Shown in pieces: positions 26,484-37,208 of a stretch of 64,000 nt of DNA (within the stretch, counting starts at the first letter, position 1; every line of letters starts with the position of its first letter). The stretch comes from a virus. Lineage: Duplodnaviria > Caudoviricetes. The notes beneath the pieces were generated by a model that worked only from the letters and a program-made list of their open reading frames with translations, ran no database searches and was not told the DNA's origin. The stretch lies in the IMG/VR virus record IMGVR_UViG_3300016476_001378, one strand, 5' to 3'. The position numbers and the translations under genes are program-made.

Positions 26484-27209
26484 ATGTGGTATAGATATTC
26501 TCAAACATCAAAAGACCTTTATTACAACGCTGTAAATGATAAAGTTCGTGAAGTCAGCGAGCGAAATAATTGGCCAATTCCTGTTGGCTTAAGAACACCA
26601 GACCCTGGCTTTGACCCTTCATCTAGAACAGAATTTGCAGACCAGCTCGAAAATCAATTTAGTGAGTTGCATGATAAACACGGTGGGCCTGAAGGTGCTA
26701 AGGGTGCGATGGTTGATTGGTTAAAGAATCGTGGTGAGGAAGTAAAGAAATTAAATCCACATTCTGTTACACCGGGAAATCCTGAATTCTCTAGAGCGTT
26801 TTATTTATTACCTGACGGTTCTGTTACAGCTGCTGCTGGAAGTCATCGTATGTTAGATAGGGATTTACTATCTGAGTTTAATATTAATCCTCATTTCGTA
26901 GAAGACGGCGACAGAGTTATTTCAAATCTTGTTGGTGCAGTTTCTTTATTACTTGATGGGCCTGGCAGATTTGAAGCTATTGTTAGATACAGTCCTACAC
27001 CAGCACAAAGTAGTTGGTTATCTCAACACATGAAGCCTGGAGCTGAACCATTTGTTAGTGGAATAACAAGTTTAAATGCTGTAGATAAAAAATTTGAAAC
27101 TTATAATAAAGTTCCACAGTTATTGAACAACATGCATAAGATGATGCCACAAAGTGATGCTAACCCATCATTGAAATCTATCAGGCCAGGTTTGTATCAA
27201 TCTGCTTGA
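26484..27209 (+). CDS. Hypothetical protein beginning MWYRYSQ
   Basis: ATG 26484 follows TATAAT; N-terminus shared with 59198..59926. Confidence 0.7.
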   Translation: MWYRYSQTSKDLYYNAVNDKVREVSERNNWPIPVGLRTPDPGFDPSSRTEFADQLENQFSELHDKHGGPEGAKGAMVDWLKNRGEEVKKLNPHSVTPGNPEFSRAFYLLPDGSVTAAAGSHRMLDRDLLSEFNINPHFVEDGDRVISNLVGAVSLLLDGPGRFEAIVRYSPTPAQSSWLSQHMKPGAEPFVSGITSLNAVDKKFETYNKVPQLLNNMHKMMPQSDANPSLKSIRPGLYQSA

Positions 27210-27388
27210 ACAACAATAAGGCTGTTTGGGTCTTCGCCATCTGCTATGCAGTCTTCTATTGATTCATAAACAACACAAAAACCTGTGGCGGTTGTTTTGG
27301 GCTCTTTTATTTTATATTCTTTATTAAGAATTGAAATTCCAATATCTTCCCATGTTTTAATTTTCATTAGTATGTAATAGTATTTCAT
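27197..27388 (-). CDS. Hypothetical protein
   Basis: 63 aa. Confidence 0.45.
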   Translation of the reverse strand: MKYYYILMKIKTWEDIGISILNKEYKIKEPKTTATGFCVVYESIEDCIADGEDPNSLIVVQAD

Positions 27389-27433
27389 AATATTATTATG
27401 GTATAAAAAAGGGGGCTTTTGGGCCCCCTTTTA

Positions 27434-29488
27434 TTATTTTAGTAGTAAATCTAATTCGCTTATTTTTATTCTATGTAAGAATTTATAAATTGAATTTCTT
27501 AGCATCGGTTCGAATCCGCCTTTTTTAGGTGCTTCTCTTGTCAATGATACTCCAAGTCCTGTTAGTGCATTATTACAAATTGCTGCTACCTTTTTCCCAA
27601 TAGAAGCATTTGATTCTGGCATTGGGTCTTTATTATTTTCTAGCATGTTTTCTAATGTATCTAAGTCTTGTAATCTTGCTAAATAATCTGGGTCTGATTG
27701 CAATGACATTTCATGTTGTGATTTAAGTTCATTAATTTTATCATTTTGTACATAGAGGTTTCTGATTTGCACATTAATGATTCTTAATTCGTCCATGAGT
27801 TCGTCTAATGATTTTCCTTCGGGCGAAAGTTTTGAGCTTTGTGTTTTCCAGCTCCACTTATCATCAATTGCGATTTTGGATCTGTGTTGAATAGCTCTAA
27901 TTTGTTTATTTAAATCATCTGCTTGTGCTTTAAGAATTCTGTATTGTTCAAAAATGCTTTTTGATAATTGTTGGAATTCTGGGTTTGTTTCATCTGCATA
28001 CTTTTGGTAGAAGTTTTTAAGTTCTCCAAATTTAAATTGCAATTGTAGTTTAGTAGTTCTTACAATAGATTGTTCTGGTGTAAGCTTTTCCACTCGATTT
28101 TCAATATTATTAACTTGTTCAGGTGTGAATTTACCAGAGGTTTTATGTTCGCTGAGCCATTTATCTACTTGTTCTTTAGCTGTGCCGCCTTTATAGATAA
28201 TTCCCTTGGCCTCTAATTGATTGATAAGTTTAAGTGGGTTTCCACCTTTTTCGAAATCTGTTTTTGTAATGAAGATAACATCGTTTCCTGTAAGAACAGC
28301 TTGGAACGGTTCAAGTTCTTCTTTCATAGAAGTTTTATCTTCATAGTCTTTGCCATACCATCCAAAGTATTCTCCTACAAATACAACTTGTGATTGAATA
28401 TTAGGGGAGCCATCTTGGTTCCATCCTTTTAATACCTCACAGGGCAATAGGAAGTCGCACATAAATTCTGTGTTGACATTTGCTGTGCCTTTTTTAACTT
28501 TTGTAGAAGGCATTTTAATTTCAGCTGGAATTGGTTGTAAGTTAACAGACCTAAAGATTGATAAGATTTGTCTTTCTGCTTCTGATCTTGTATCAAGTCC
28601 GTAGTCTTTGAAGACTTCATCTACTTTAACTTCGGCCCCTTGTTTTTTAATTGCTTTAATATCTCTATAGTTTAATTCTTTAGTAGAATAATTTTTAAAG
28701 AATTCTGCAACATTTGGGTATCCAGCAAGTTTGATTAAGTTTTGGAAATTTTCTCTTCCTGCTTGCTCGAAATATGAATTAAATAATTCTCTTAATGGTG
28801 TAGGAGTTTTATCGCTAACAATTTCAAATAATTTATCTGTGCCTTCTTGGTCATCTGTAATATTTTCAGCTTCTAATGCTTCTTGTACTTTATGAATTAA
28901 GATTGGTAAGTTTTTATCTTCTTCAACAGATTTGGAATGTGAATCTTTGCTTCTTGCATAAGGTAATAAGTTTTGTCCCATAACTCCTGGTGGTAATTGT
29001 TCTACACCAATTTCCTGCCATGTGATGGGTGTTATTCCTTTTGGCAATGTTGCCATTCCTGGGAATTGTTCTGTAAGATGTTTATTTGCTGCTCTTGCTG
29101 TTGTTGTTAATGTTTTAATAAGAGCTTCGTATTTTTGTTGTTCTGTTAATTCTGTATTATTTGCCAGCTCTTCTACTTTTTCATCTTTAAGTGCTATAAG
29201 AGCTTGTAATTCTTGTTCTCTTAATTTGAGTGCTGGTTCTAAGTCGATTGTTTCAGCGGGCGGGATTTGCGGAGCTGGCATTTCTGCGGGCGCTGGTGCT
29301 GGAATAGGTGCAGGAGTTGGAGTAGCAGAGACTGGTTCTGGGGTTGCTACCGCTGGGGCTGTATCTTGTGGAGGAGTTTGACCTGGCTCTTCTTGTATTA
29401 GACTTTGGGTTAGTAATTCTTGTGGTGTTGCCTTGTACTGCTTAACACCATGATGTTTTTCTTTTCTTCTAATTCTGAACCAGGTCAT
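27434..29488 (-). CDS. Large protein with Pro/Ala linker, possible PD-(D/E)XK-like domain and coiled coils
   Basis: RSEAERQI..IF ... CDFLLP ... VGEYFG....Y..K...K. Confidence 0.75.
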   Translation of the reverse strand: MTWFRIRRKEKHHGVKQYKATPQELLTQSLIQEEPGQTPPQDTAPAVATPEPVSATPTPAPIPAPAPAEMPAPQIPPAETIDLEPALKLREQELQALIALKDEKVEELANNTELTEQQKYEALIKTLTTTARAANKHLTEQFPGMATLPKGITPITWQEIGVEQLPPGVMGQNLLPYARSKDSHSKSVEEDKNLPILIHKVQEALEAENITDDQEGTDKLFEIVSDKTPTPLRELFNSYFEQAGRENFQNLIKLAGYPNVAEFFKNYSTKELNYRDIKAIKKQGAEVKVDEVFKDYGLDTRSEAERQILSIFRSVNLQPIPAEIKMPSTKVKKGTANVNTEFMCDFLLPCEVLKGWNQDGSPNIQSQVVFVGEYFGWYGKDYEDKTSMKEELEPFQAVLTGNDVIFITKTDFEKGGNPLKLINQLEAKGIIYKGGTAKEQVDKWLSEHKTSGKFTPEQVNNIENRVEKLTPEQSIVRTTKLQLQFKFGELKNFYQKYADETNPEFQQLSKSIFEQYRILKAQADDLNKQIRAIQHRSKIAIDDKWSWKTQSSKLSPEGKSLDELMDELRIINVQIRNLYVQNDKINELKSQHEMSLQSDPDYLARLQDLDTLENMLENNKDPMPESNASIGKKVAAICNNALTGLGVSLTREAPKKGGFEPMLRNSIYKFLHRIKISELDLLLK

Positions 29489-29536
29489 TGTATGTCATCC
29501 TATTTTAAAGATTTGGTATTATAATTTTTATTTCAA

Positions 29537-30019
29537 TTAATTATTATTGCCTTTAAATACATTGAAAATCTTATTCAAAGGATTTGTAGGCTGGTTATTT
29601 TCAGCTGTTTGAGGCTCTTCTGGGGTAGTTTCTTCAATTGGTTCAGAAACCTCTGTATTTGGGGCTTCTGGGGCCTCTTGAATTGTTTCTTCTAGGGGCG
29701 CAGGTTCTTCTGCTGGAGTTTCTGGCGCTGTTTCTTCTACAGCATGAATCTCTTCTGGCTGTGTAGGCTGTTGTGGTGCTTCTTGTTGTGCGATTTTATT
29801 GATGTAATCGTCTTCAAAAGCTTTGCCAAGTTGGTGTCCTGTATCTCGGTCATGGCAGACAAAGATGATAGAGTTACGGTATCTTGCTTTCATTCCAATT
29901 ACTTGGTCATTGACACCGATGAGCGATTTAATGTAAGCTTCGAATTGATCTGCGGCTTCTGGTGAGTGGAAATTTGCAATGTATTTGTACGCTGAAATTT
30001 CCATGGAGGTGATGTACAT
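29537..30019 (-). CDS. Hypothetical protein with Pro/Glu-rich tail
   Basis: 160 aa; AAGGA SD. Confidence 0.65.
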   Translation of the reverse strand: MYITSMEISAYKYIANFHSPEAADQFEAYIKSLIGVNDQVIGMKARYRNSIIFVCHDRDTGHQLGKAFEDDYINKIAQQEAPQQPTQPEEIHAVEETAPETPAEEPAPLEETIQEAPEAPNTEVSEPIEETTPEEPQTAENNQPTNPLNKIFNVFKGNNN

Positions 30020-30112
30020 TTTTTATTTTTCCTTTGTAGGGGTTTTGTTTTTATTATACATTTAAGTATTTCTAGAGAATAAAATAAGGGGCCTTTTGGG
30101 CCCCTTATTATT

Positions 30113-30913
30113 TTAAGCTGTCATTGTTCGCTTATGATTATCAATGATTCTTTTGATTCCTCGATTTGCAGAAATCACCTTGCCCATAGTGGTGTTAAGT
30201 GCATCTGCTGTTTCTGGGATTGTGCATTCCATTTCCCAGACCATCTTGAATACATTCTTCTGCATTGGGTTGAGTTGATTTTTGATTCTATCAATCTCTA
30301 CCAAGTAAGACAATGAGTCTTGTGTTGGTGCGGTAATATCTTCGTATTCCTGAAGTCTTGAAGTTTCTTCGCCGAGTGAGTTATAATAGGGGTCACACAG
30401 TGTAAGGAATGTTGGGAGGAGTGATTCTACTTCTCTCTTCTTGTCTGCGATTTCTTCTGGGCTATTCAGATTGTGCTTAGCCTCGAAATTGGCTTTCTTT
30501 ACAGGGTCATTGTCGTATCCGCCCATGAAATAAACACGGAATTCACGCATTTGCGAAGGGCACTTGACAAATGATTCTTGGTCTGCTTGTGTAAGCATTT
30601 CGAATTTGACAGTGGTATACACGTAAGTTGATAGCTTTGCTTTTTGGTTATCAAAGTTAAATCTATCGTATGCGATTTTTGCAGAGATTCTTGCAATAGA
30701 AAGGCAGTCTTCTACAGAATTCATGTAGGGTCTTTTTGCAAGGAGTTTGGTTGCAAGTGTCCTCAGCATGTTGTCGTGTCTATTGTAGAGTTCTGCGAGG
30801 AGTTCGTCACCGTAGCGGGTGTCTTTGTTGGAGCGGTAAGCCTTAAGGATTTCGATGTCGTTAGCGGCTTTGATAGCGTTGTGAGACATTCGTCTCTTAG
30901 TAGATGTAAGCAT
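30113..30913 (-). CDS. Sigma-70 family RNA polymerase sigma factor
   Basis: Region 2-like EDCLSIARI....AYDRFN....AKLSTYVY..V; region 4 HTH LNPMQKNVF.......TIPETADALNTT. Confidence 0.78.
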   Translation of the reverse strand: MLTSTKRRMSHNAIKAANDIEILKAYRSNKDTRYGDELLAELYNRHDNMLRTLATKLLAKRPYMNSVEDCLSIARISAKIAYDRFNFDNQKAKLSTYVYTTVKFEMLTQADQESFVKCPSQMREFRVYFMGGYDNDPVKKANFEAKHNLNSPEEIADKKREVESLLPTFLTLCDPYYNSLGEETSRLQEYEDITAPTQDSLSYLVEIDRIKNQLNPMQKNVFKMVWEMECTIPETADALNTTMGKVISANRGIKRIIDNHKRTMTA

Positions 30914-31018
30914 AATATAAGTCCTTCTTGTGCTTGGTTTAGATTGCGTCTCTTATCAAATGAGACTTTGTTGTTGCACACTTGTATAGGTTGTGGGTTT
31001 GCTTTTTTAAGATAGTTT

Positions 31019-31651
31019 TTACTTTATCTCTAAGCCTTTTATTCGGAAAAACTCCCTGTCAATCCTTGGGAATCCTGTGATTTGAATAAGGCCATTTTGT
31101 TCATCAAGGTGGATTTCCACCTCTTGGTCTATTTCAATTAGGTGTCTTGGGATTAGGGTTTCTCCTCTATTATTTATACAATTGAAGTGAAAGTTTTGGT
31201 TTGAGGAGCCTGATAAATGGTGGTTATTTTTCAGTGCTTCTTCGTATCTTCCATCTATTAAGAGGTCAATTAGTGGTAGGCATTCTTTCATTGATTCTTC
31301 GGGCGAATTTTGTATTTCGTCCATTGTGAAACCTGTGAAAACGATAATGCCATGTGTTAGTTTTGGCAAAAGATTTGAATTGATTTTTTGAAGTAAATCT
31401 AATAGGGGCGCTGATTGTTCTAAGGGATCACCCCCTGTAAATGTTATTCCGGTATTTGTCTCGGACATTTGTTCTATTAGATTGTATAGTTGTTCGGTTG
31501 TGTATTCTTTGCCCTTGGTTGGGTTCCAGGTTTCTGGATTAAAGCAGCCTTTGCAAGCTTTAGAACAGCCCTGGGTCCAGATTACTATTCTTTCGCCAGG
31601 GCCATTTACTTTTGAATTAGATAGAACAGAATGAATTCTTATTTTATCCAT
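31019..31651 (-). CDS. Radical SAM protein, NrdG-like activase
   Basis: NGPG.R..IW.QGCSKACKGCFNPETW, GITFTGGDP, LIDGRY, GSSNQ. Confidence 0.88.
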   Translation of the reverse strand: MDKIRIHSVLSNSKVNGPGERIVIWTQGCSKACKGCFNPETWNPTKGKEYTTEQLYNLIEQMSETNTGITFTGGDPLEQSAPLLDLLQKINSNLLPKLTHGIIVFTGFTMDEIQNSPEESMKECLPLIDLLIDGRYEEALKNNHHLSGSSNQNFHFNCINNRGETLIPRHLIEIDQEVEIHLDEQNGLIQITGFPRIDREFFRIKGLEIK

Positions 31652-31973
31652 TGTTTCGATTCAACAAATTTTTAACACTATCAAACTTTGAATTGAATTG
31701 TGCGATTTCATCTCTAATTCTATTTGCTTGTGGGTGCAAATTATTTAGATCTTGTCCAATAGTACCATCGACTAAGCGATTAACATTTTCGCCAATCCTG
31801 TCAATGTTTCTTAATGTTAAGAGGAGCTCTGCTTCATAGCCTGAGGCTCTTGAAGCTTTTCTAATCTGTATAGCTTTTTTCAGGTTTTCATGATTTTTCA
31901 TAAAGGTTCTGAGTCCGTTTGGTTCTCTCAGAGTGGGGTGTTCTGAAATATGATATACACTAATTTTTGCCAT
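31644..31973 (-). CDS. Hypothetical protein
   Basis: 109 aa; coupled to neighbours. Confidence 0.6.
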   Translation of the reverse strand: MAKISVYHISEHPTLREPNGLRTFMKNHENLKKAIQIRKASRASGYEAELLLTLRNIDRIGENVNRLVDGTIGQDLNNLHPQANRIRDEIAQFNSKFDSVKNLLNRNNG

Positions 31974-33059
31974 TTACTTCCTCCTTGGTGGCAATGAGTT
32001 CTCCTTAATTTCAAAGTATCCGTTGTAGACAAAGTCCTTAAGCGAACTATAGCCACTATAGCTTACCGCAGATGAAATTCCGCCCCAAAGGTCTGAAGTT
32101 AATCTTTCAAGAGAAAGAATAGGATCTTCAATTTTGAATTCTTTTCCTTCAGAGTGTCTGGTTGCTTTACCTTGGGCGATTAATTGTTGCTTTTCAGAAG
32201 CGCCGCCCCAATAGGTGCCATCTCCTGCGAGATTTGTTTCTGCTTCTTCGGCCCTTACAAAATAACCGCCCATCATAACAGCGTCAGCACCAGCACCGAA
32301 AGCCTTTGCAGCGTATCCACTATTCTTTATACCGCCATCTGCCACAATTCTAACATCACATTCAACAACTTTTTTAATAAGTTGTGGTGCAATATTGTGG
32401 GAGCCAGTTTCAGCAAGCCAATCTGCACATTCATTAATTTCGGTAATTTGGCCCCTATTGTAACCTGTTGAATCATTTGTGGAACAAGGTGAACCACCAG
32501 CGATTCCTACACGAATGTAAATAGGACAATCCAAGAAAGAAAGTTCATTTACAAGATTAAAAACACCATGTGCGGTATGAACATTACCAATCATAAGATT
32601 GTCAATCTTGGCAATTTCAGCAATCTTTCTTACCGCATTCCCAATAGCCTTATGCATGTAACCATTAGCCATATCAATAAGCCAATTAGTAACACCTGCT
32701 TTGGCCAATTCTGCCACACGGTCAAAATCATTAAGACCAACAGAAACAAAGACATTGGAGGTGTCTTGAAGAGATTTGAAAATTTGAATTTGTCCATTTG
32801 TGGAACCCCAATCTCTATCTGTAGGAACAGATGAAGGGAAGCGATGCAAACACAGCCCTAAGCCCAATTCATTTGCCTTTTTGGCAAAATCTAAACCAAT
32901 GATGGCTTGCATAGGGCTTACATACACTCGATTTAATTCAACAGGGATGTTCTTTCTAGAAAGGGCCCCTAAAGTATTATTCTCATCTATCGCAGTTGGT
33001 CTGGCGAGCAGATTGACATCATTATAGTAAATAGATTTCTTTTTTGTGAATTTTGGCAT
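31974..33059 (-). CDS. guaC: GMP reductase / IMPDH-family enzyme (GuaC-like)
   Basis: IDMANG, VGIAGGSPCST (catalytic Cys loop), IVADGGI, AFGAGADAVMMG, YWGGAS...EGK; no CBS domain. Confidence 0.75.
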   Translation of the reverse strand: MPKFTKKKSIYYNDVNLLARPTAIDENNTLGALSRKNIPVELNRVYVSPMQAIIGLDFAKKANELGLGLCLHRFPSSVPTDRDWGSTNGQIQIFKSLQDTSNVFVSVGLNDFDRVAELAKAGVTNWLIDMANGYMHKAIGNAVRKIAEIAKIDNLMIGNVHTAHGVFNLVNELSFLDCPIYIRVGIAGGSPCSTNDSTGYNRGQITEINECADWLAETGSHNIAPQLIKKVVECDVRIVADGGIKNSGYAAKAFGAGADAVMMGGYFVRAEEAETNLAGDGTYWGGASEKQQLIAQGKATRHSEGKEFKIEDPILSLERLTSDLWGGISSAVSYSGYSSLKDFVYNGYFEIKENSLPPRRK

Positions 33060-33072
33060 TTAATTTTCCTTT

Positions 33073-34509
33073 TTATCGAACGACAACACTTCCAATAATC
33101 TTTTTATCGTTTGTGCTTGAGATAACCACACTAAACATCTCAGAGATATTATTGTCTCTTTCAAGCAAGCCAGCTAAATCTTTAATCTTTTTATCTACTG
33201 TAATTTCAGCAAAAAGTGTCTGTCCTGAAAAGTCAATGATTTCTGATTTGATGATAGAGGTATTCTTCTTTAACAAAGCAAGGAATCTATTAGCAGAGCT
33301 TAGGCTTTGGAAACCAGAAATGTTCATTACATAAGTTTGGTCTTCAGATGCTTCATCTTCAATCTTGCTTAATGATGTAGCTATTTTGGAAATAGCCCTA
33401 TTAATTAGTTTTTGTGAAGCTTCTTTGACAGCTCTATCATGCCCAGCCTTATTAGAAACATCAATTACAGCAGCTTGTGTACTATCTGTGTAAATAATCT
33501 CAAAAGGTGAAAGATTTACTGCTCTTACGCTCATGGAAACTCTTGTAGAGTTTTGATTAATGTTAGTTGAATCAATTACACCATAAATAAATAGTTTTGC
33601 GCCAGAAGTTCGTGCGAGATTTCTACAATACTCTGCAAAGAATTCATTATTTTGGGCCCTATTTTTATCAAATGTTCCACCAATGATTACTTTTGCATTT
33701 GAATCTGATAAAGCATTAATAAATACCTCTTCTGCGACCATTGAATCTGGGAATGACACCACTGTGCGAATTTTATTCAAGTTATAAGTGGTGTTATTTT
33801 CAATAGCAGTGGTTTTAGTTGGTTCTTCAATATTTAATCTTTTAATCTGCTTAGATAAATCTTTTAATGCAGCATCTAGGGCAGCACTTGAGGCATTGGA
33901 AACAGCATCTGATTCAAACCCCTTTGTGCTTTGCGAAAAGATTCCAATAACTCTGTTCTTTACCAAAGCTCCTGCACCAGCGGTGCTTGAAATTTGTCCA
34001 TCTTTAGAAGCTTTGCCTGTAGATGATGCTATTACAGTACCATCTCTGGCGATCATTTCGATTACTACTTCAACAGAAGCTTGCACTTGCTTTACCTCTT
34101 GTCCTGCGACAACACCAACAATTGCAAGGGCCCCATTTTTCTTTTGACCTTCCTCGAATTGTCGAATTGTACCAATGATCCTATAATCTGCAGACTTTAG
34201 CTTTACAGTGCCTTCATCATCTGATGCTCCCGTTTGTCCTAATTGATTTTCTTGCATCAGTGTGTCGATGTTTTTTCGTGTTACAACTGTGAAGCCTTCT
34301 TTACGAAGTTTATCTGTGAATAGAGCTGCAAAAGAATCGCCCAATGGTGCTATACTTTGTGGATAGTGTGAGCTAACAAAAGCCTGTGTTTTAGGACTTA
34401 CAGCCTGCAGCTTAAATGATTCAACAGCGATTGTTCCTTTAATCTTTTGTGAGAATGATGGCAAAGTTAAAGTTGCGATTAAAAATAGTGTATAGATGAT
34501 TTTTTTCAT
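33073..34509 (-). CDS. Secreted CsgG/HfaB-like protein with FlgT-like domains
   Basis: Signal peptide; FTVVTR.NID.L..E..LG..G ... ADY.I.G.I..F. Confidence 0.7.
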   Translation of the reverse strand: MKKIIYTLFLIATLTLPSFSQKIKGTIAVESFKLQAVSPKTQAFVSSHYPQSIAPLGDSFAALFTDKLRKEGFTVVTRKNIDTLMQENQLGQTGASDDEGTVKLKSADYRIIGTIRQFEEGQKKNGALAIVGVVAGQEVKQVQASVEVVIEMIARDGTVIASSTGKASKDGQISSTAGAGALVKNRVIGIFSQSTKGFESDAVSNASSAALDAALKDLSKQIKRLNIEEPTKTTAIENNTTYNLNKIRTVVSFPDSMVAEEVFINALSDSNAKVIIGGTFDKNRAQNNEFFAEYCRNLARTSGAKLFIYGVIDSTNINQNSTRVSMSVRAVNLSPFEIIYTDSTQAAVIDVSNKAGHDRAVKEASQKLINRAISKIATSLSKIEDEASEDQTYVMNISGFQSLSSANRFLALLKKNTSIIKSEIIDFSGQTLFAEITVDKKIKDLAGLLERDNNISEMFSVVISSTNDKKIIGSVVVR

Positions 34510-34525
34510 TTTATTTTCCTATAGA

Positions 34526-34822
34526 TTATGTGGTTTGTGTTGCCATAAGGGCATCAAAGTAGCAGGTGAGAAGAGCAATTATTAAGTTGTGACTTTCTGC
34601 ATAGCTTTCATCCATTTCGTTATAGAAGATTGAAACAAAGTATTTGTTGTCTCCTGAGCGAATATTCCAATTCCATTTATTGCTTTCTATCTCTTTGAGA
34701 TAAAACATGAGGCCTTCGGGCGAATTTACATAACCAATAAGTTTACCTGTAAGCTGTCCAATCTCTGATTGGAGATTGTCAATGGTGATTGTATCATTGT
34801 CGGGCTGAATCCAAAATTGCAT
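34526..34822 (-). CDS. Hypothetical protein
   Basis: GAGGA SD and promoter motif at 34843. Confidence 0.6.
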   Translation of the reverse strand: MQFWIQPDNDTITIDNLQSEIGQLTGKLIGYVNSPEGLMFYLKEIESNKWNWNIRSGDNKYFVSIFYNEMDESYAESHNLIIALLTCYFDALMATQTT

Positions 34823-34885
34823 AATAAAAAATCCTCTCTATGCTACTATAGAGAGGATTGATTGTTTTTAAGATGATTTTTTTAA

Positions 34886-35188
34886 CTAAGGTGTGTAAGG
34901 TGGCACACTAGTAAATGGAATTATTAATATTGTGCCAGGATAAAGGGTACTGCTTGTTAATTTATTGTAATCATAGATAAGAGAAGCAGAAGTCCCATAA
35001 CCCTTTTTAATCCAATAATTTGCGATGGATGACAAAGAATCTCCTGATGACACTTTCCATTTTGTGGTAGAGATAATAACCTGAAAATTATTGCTCTGTA
35101 CTGATTCTTTTGGAGAATCTTGAGGAGCTGCGAAAGATGGAGCAGAAACTAAACAAAGCAAACTTAAAGCTAAAATGATCTTGTGCAT
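34886..35188 (-). CDS. Secreted LysM-domain protein
   Basis: Signal peptide (SFA-A); WKVSSGDSLSSIA...YN.L....LYPG..L.IP. Confidence 0.85.
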   Translation of the reverse strand: MHKIILALSLLCLVSAPSFAAPQDSPKESVQSNNFQVIISTTKWKVSSGDSLSSIANYWIKKGYGTSASLIYDYNKLTSSTLYPGTILIIPFTSVPPYTP

Positions 35189-35259
35189 TTTGAGCCCCCT
35201 TTTAATTTGTATTTCAACTATTATAGGGGCCACATTATTTAACCTGTATAATAAATACT

Positions 35260-35988
35260 ATGGAAATCATAAGAAAAATCAATGTTATAATACCAATGGC
35301 GGGGCGGGGCAAAAGATTTGAGGACGAAGGTTTCTCAGTCCCAAAGCCTCTGATTAGTGTTAATGGCAAACGAATTATAGAAAGAGTTGTAGAGAATTTA
35401 AATTTATCTGCAAATTACATTTTTGTTGTTCAAGAATCACATAGAAAAATTTATGATTTAGACAAAGTGTTAAAAGACATTGCTCCTGATTGCAAAATAA
35501 TCAGCACAGACGAAGTCACAGAAGGTACAGCCTGTTCAGTTTTACTTGCAAAGAATTTAATCAATAATGACAATCCTCTTTTAATTTGTAATAGCGACCA
35601 GGTTTTAGAATGGGATGCCAAACATTTCGTCTCTTCTGTAATGAAAGAAGGAATCGACGGTGGGATTGTTACTTTTAAATCTAGTGGAAATCAATGGTCT
35701 TTCGCTCAGGTGTTAAATGGTGTTGTCACCAGAGTTGCGGAGAAAAACCCTATTAGCGATAATGCTACAGCTGGTGTTTATTGGTGGGACAGAGGTTCTG
35801 ATTTTGTTATTTTAGCAGAACAGATGATTCGTTTAAATGATAGAACCAATGGTGAATTCTATGTTTGTCCTGTTTATAATTATGCTATAAATGATGGCCT
35901 CAAAATTGTTAATTACGAGATAGAAAAGTTCTGGAATCTCGGAACCCCAAAGGATTTGGAAGTTTATCTTTTAAATCATAATGTATGA
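35260..35988 (+). CDS. Sugar-phosphate nucleotidyltransferase-like protein
   Basis: IPMAGRGKRF..EGF..PKPLI, AEK.PIS..AT.G.Y.W, GEFYV.PVYN, LGTP.DL. Confidence 0.88.
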   Translation: MEIIRKINVIIPMAGRGKRFEDEGFSVPKPLISVNGKRIIERVVENLNLSANYIFVVQESHRKIYDLDKVLKDIAPDCKIISTDEVTEGTACSVLLAKNLINNDNPLLICNSDQVLEWDAKHFVSSVMKEGIDGGIVTFKSSGNQWSFAQVLNGVVTRVAEKNPISDNATAGVYWWDRGSDFVILAEQMIRLNDRTNGEFYVCPVYNYAINDGLKIVNYEIEKFWNLGTPKDLEVYLLNHNV

Positions 35989-36680
35989 GTGACAAAATTC
36001 GGGTTGGAATAGTTCTCACGGGCATTTCGCACGATTTAAGTGGTAGTATTTTAAGTGGCTGGGGCCAATCTGTCAAAAGAACTTTTAGAACTTATTATCA
36101 TAACTTCTTTGATTACATTTATAACCCAATAAAAGAGACATGTGATGTTTCTATTTATTTGACAACATACAATAATGGGGTCGAGGACGAATTATTAAGA
36201 GTCTATAAGCCTGACAATTATGTATTTTTAAATCCCGAAAACAGTAAAATGAGAAAAACTTATTTAATAAGTATTTTTTCTGTTATGCAATTTGCAAAAG
36301 ATGTAGATATTTTTGTATTTACAAGATTCGATGTTGAATTTTATAAAAAATTTACAGAATTAGATGTGGATTTAAATAAAATTAATTTTTTATTTAAAGA
36401 AATTTGGTCATCACCAGAGAATACAGAAACCAGTGACGTGTTATTTGTTGTTCCGAGGCCATTAATTGTAGAATTTTTGGCTGGTGTTCAAAAATGTGAT
36501 GAAGAGCCTAGAAGACTTGACTGCAATGGTGATTTGCATGATTTGTATGACAAATTATCACAGATGATAGGGGAAGATAAATTACATATTATTTCAAAAG
36601 TCCCACAGCATAGTGGAATTAGAAATGTTTATTTTGATTTGGCTAAAAATCAACAACCAAGGGAGATAATAAAACAATGA
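35985..36680 (+). CDS. Putative glycosyltransferase-associated protein
   Basis: D..VFTRFD motif; overlaps the nucleotidyltransferase stop. Confidence 0.6.
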   Translation: MSDKIRVGIVLTGISHDLSGSILSGWGQSVKRTFRTYYHNFFDYIYNPIKETCDVSIYLTTYNNGVEDELLRVYKPDNYVFLNPENSKMRKTYLISIFSVMQFAKDVDIFVFTRFDVEFYKKFTELDVDLNKINFLFKEIWSSPENTETSDVLFVVPRPLIVEFLAGVQKCDEEPRRLDCNGDLHDLYDKLSQMIGEDKLHIISKVPQHSGIRNVYFDLAKNQQPREIIKQ

Positions 36681-37195
36681 TGTTTAAATTATTAGCAACA
36701 ATAGTGTGCTTATCTTTGTGTAGCGTTTCGATGGCTCAGATTAAAGTATCTGTTGACGAAAGAACAAATACTTTAATTGTCAAAGCTCCACCCGAAATTC
36801 AAAAACAAATTGAAGCAATGATTAAGGAACTAGACAACCCAAGCAATGGTTCTAAAGACATAAAGGTAATCCCGCTTGCTTACGCCTATGCTTCTGATTT
36901 AGCTCCAGCTTTGCAAAATGTTATGAATGTCTATAAACCAATTAGAATAAATACTGCTAATTTAGCTATTGGTTCTACTAATTGGGATTCTAATTTAAAT
37001 GGACTTGTTTTGGCTGACACCAGAACTAATCAATTAATTATTATCAGTGACAAAAATGCAATTAGCAGTGTAGAGAAGATTGCAAAACAGCTTGATAAAA
37101 AACCTAATGAGGCTAATAGTGCTTTTTTAATTAAACTTAAAAATGCTAAAGCCGATAATGTTTCTACTATTTTAAATGATATATCTAAAAGATAA
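36677..37195 (+). CDS. Secretin N-domain (NolW-like) protein without the beta-barrel
   Basis: Signal peptide; two repeats DERTNTLIV.A......IE.MIKELD and DTRTNQLII.......VEKIAKQLD; L.YA.A / LKNAKA motifs. Confidence 0.82.
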   Translation: MMFKLLATIVCLSLCSVSMAQIKVSVDERTNTLIVKAPPEIQKQIEAMIKELDNPSNGSKDIKVIPLAYAYASDLAPALQNVMNVYKPIRINTANLAIGSTNWDSNLNGLVLADTRTNQLIIISDKNAISSVEKIAKQLDKKPNEANSAFLIKLKNAKADNVSTILNDISKR

Positions 37196-37208
37196 AAAGG
37201 AAAATTAA

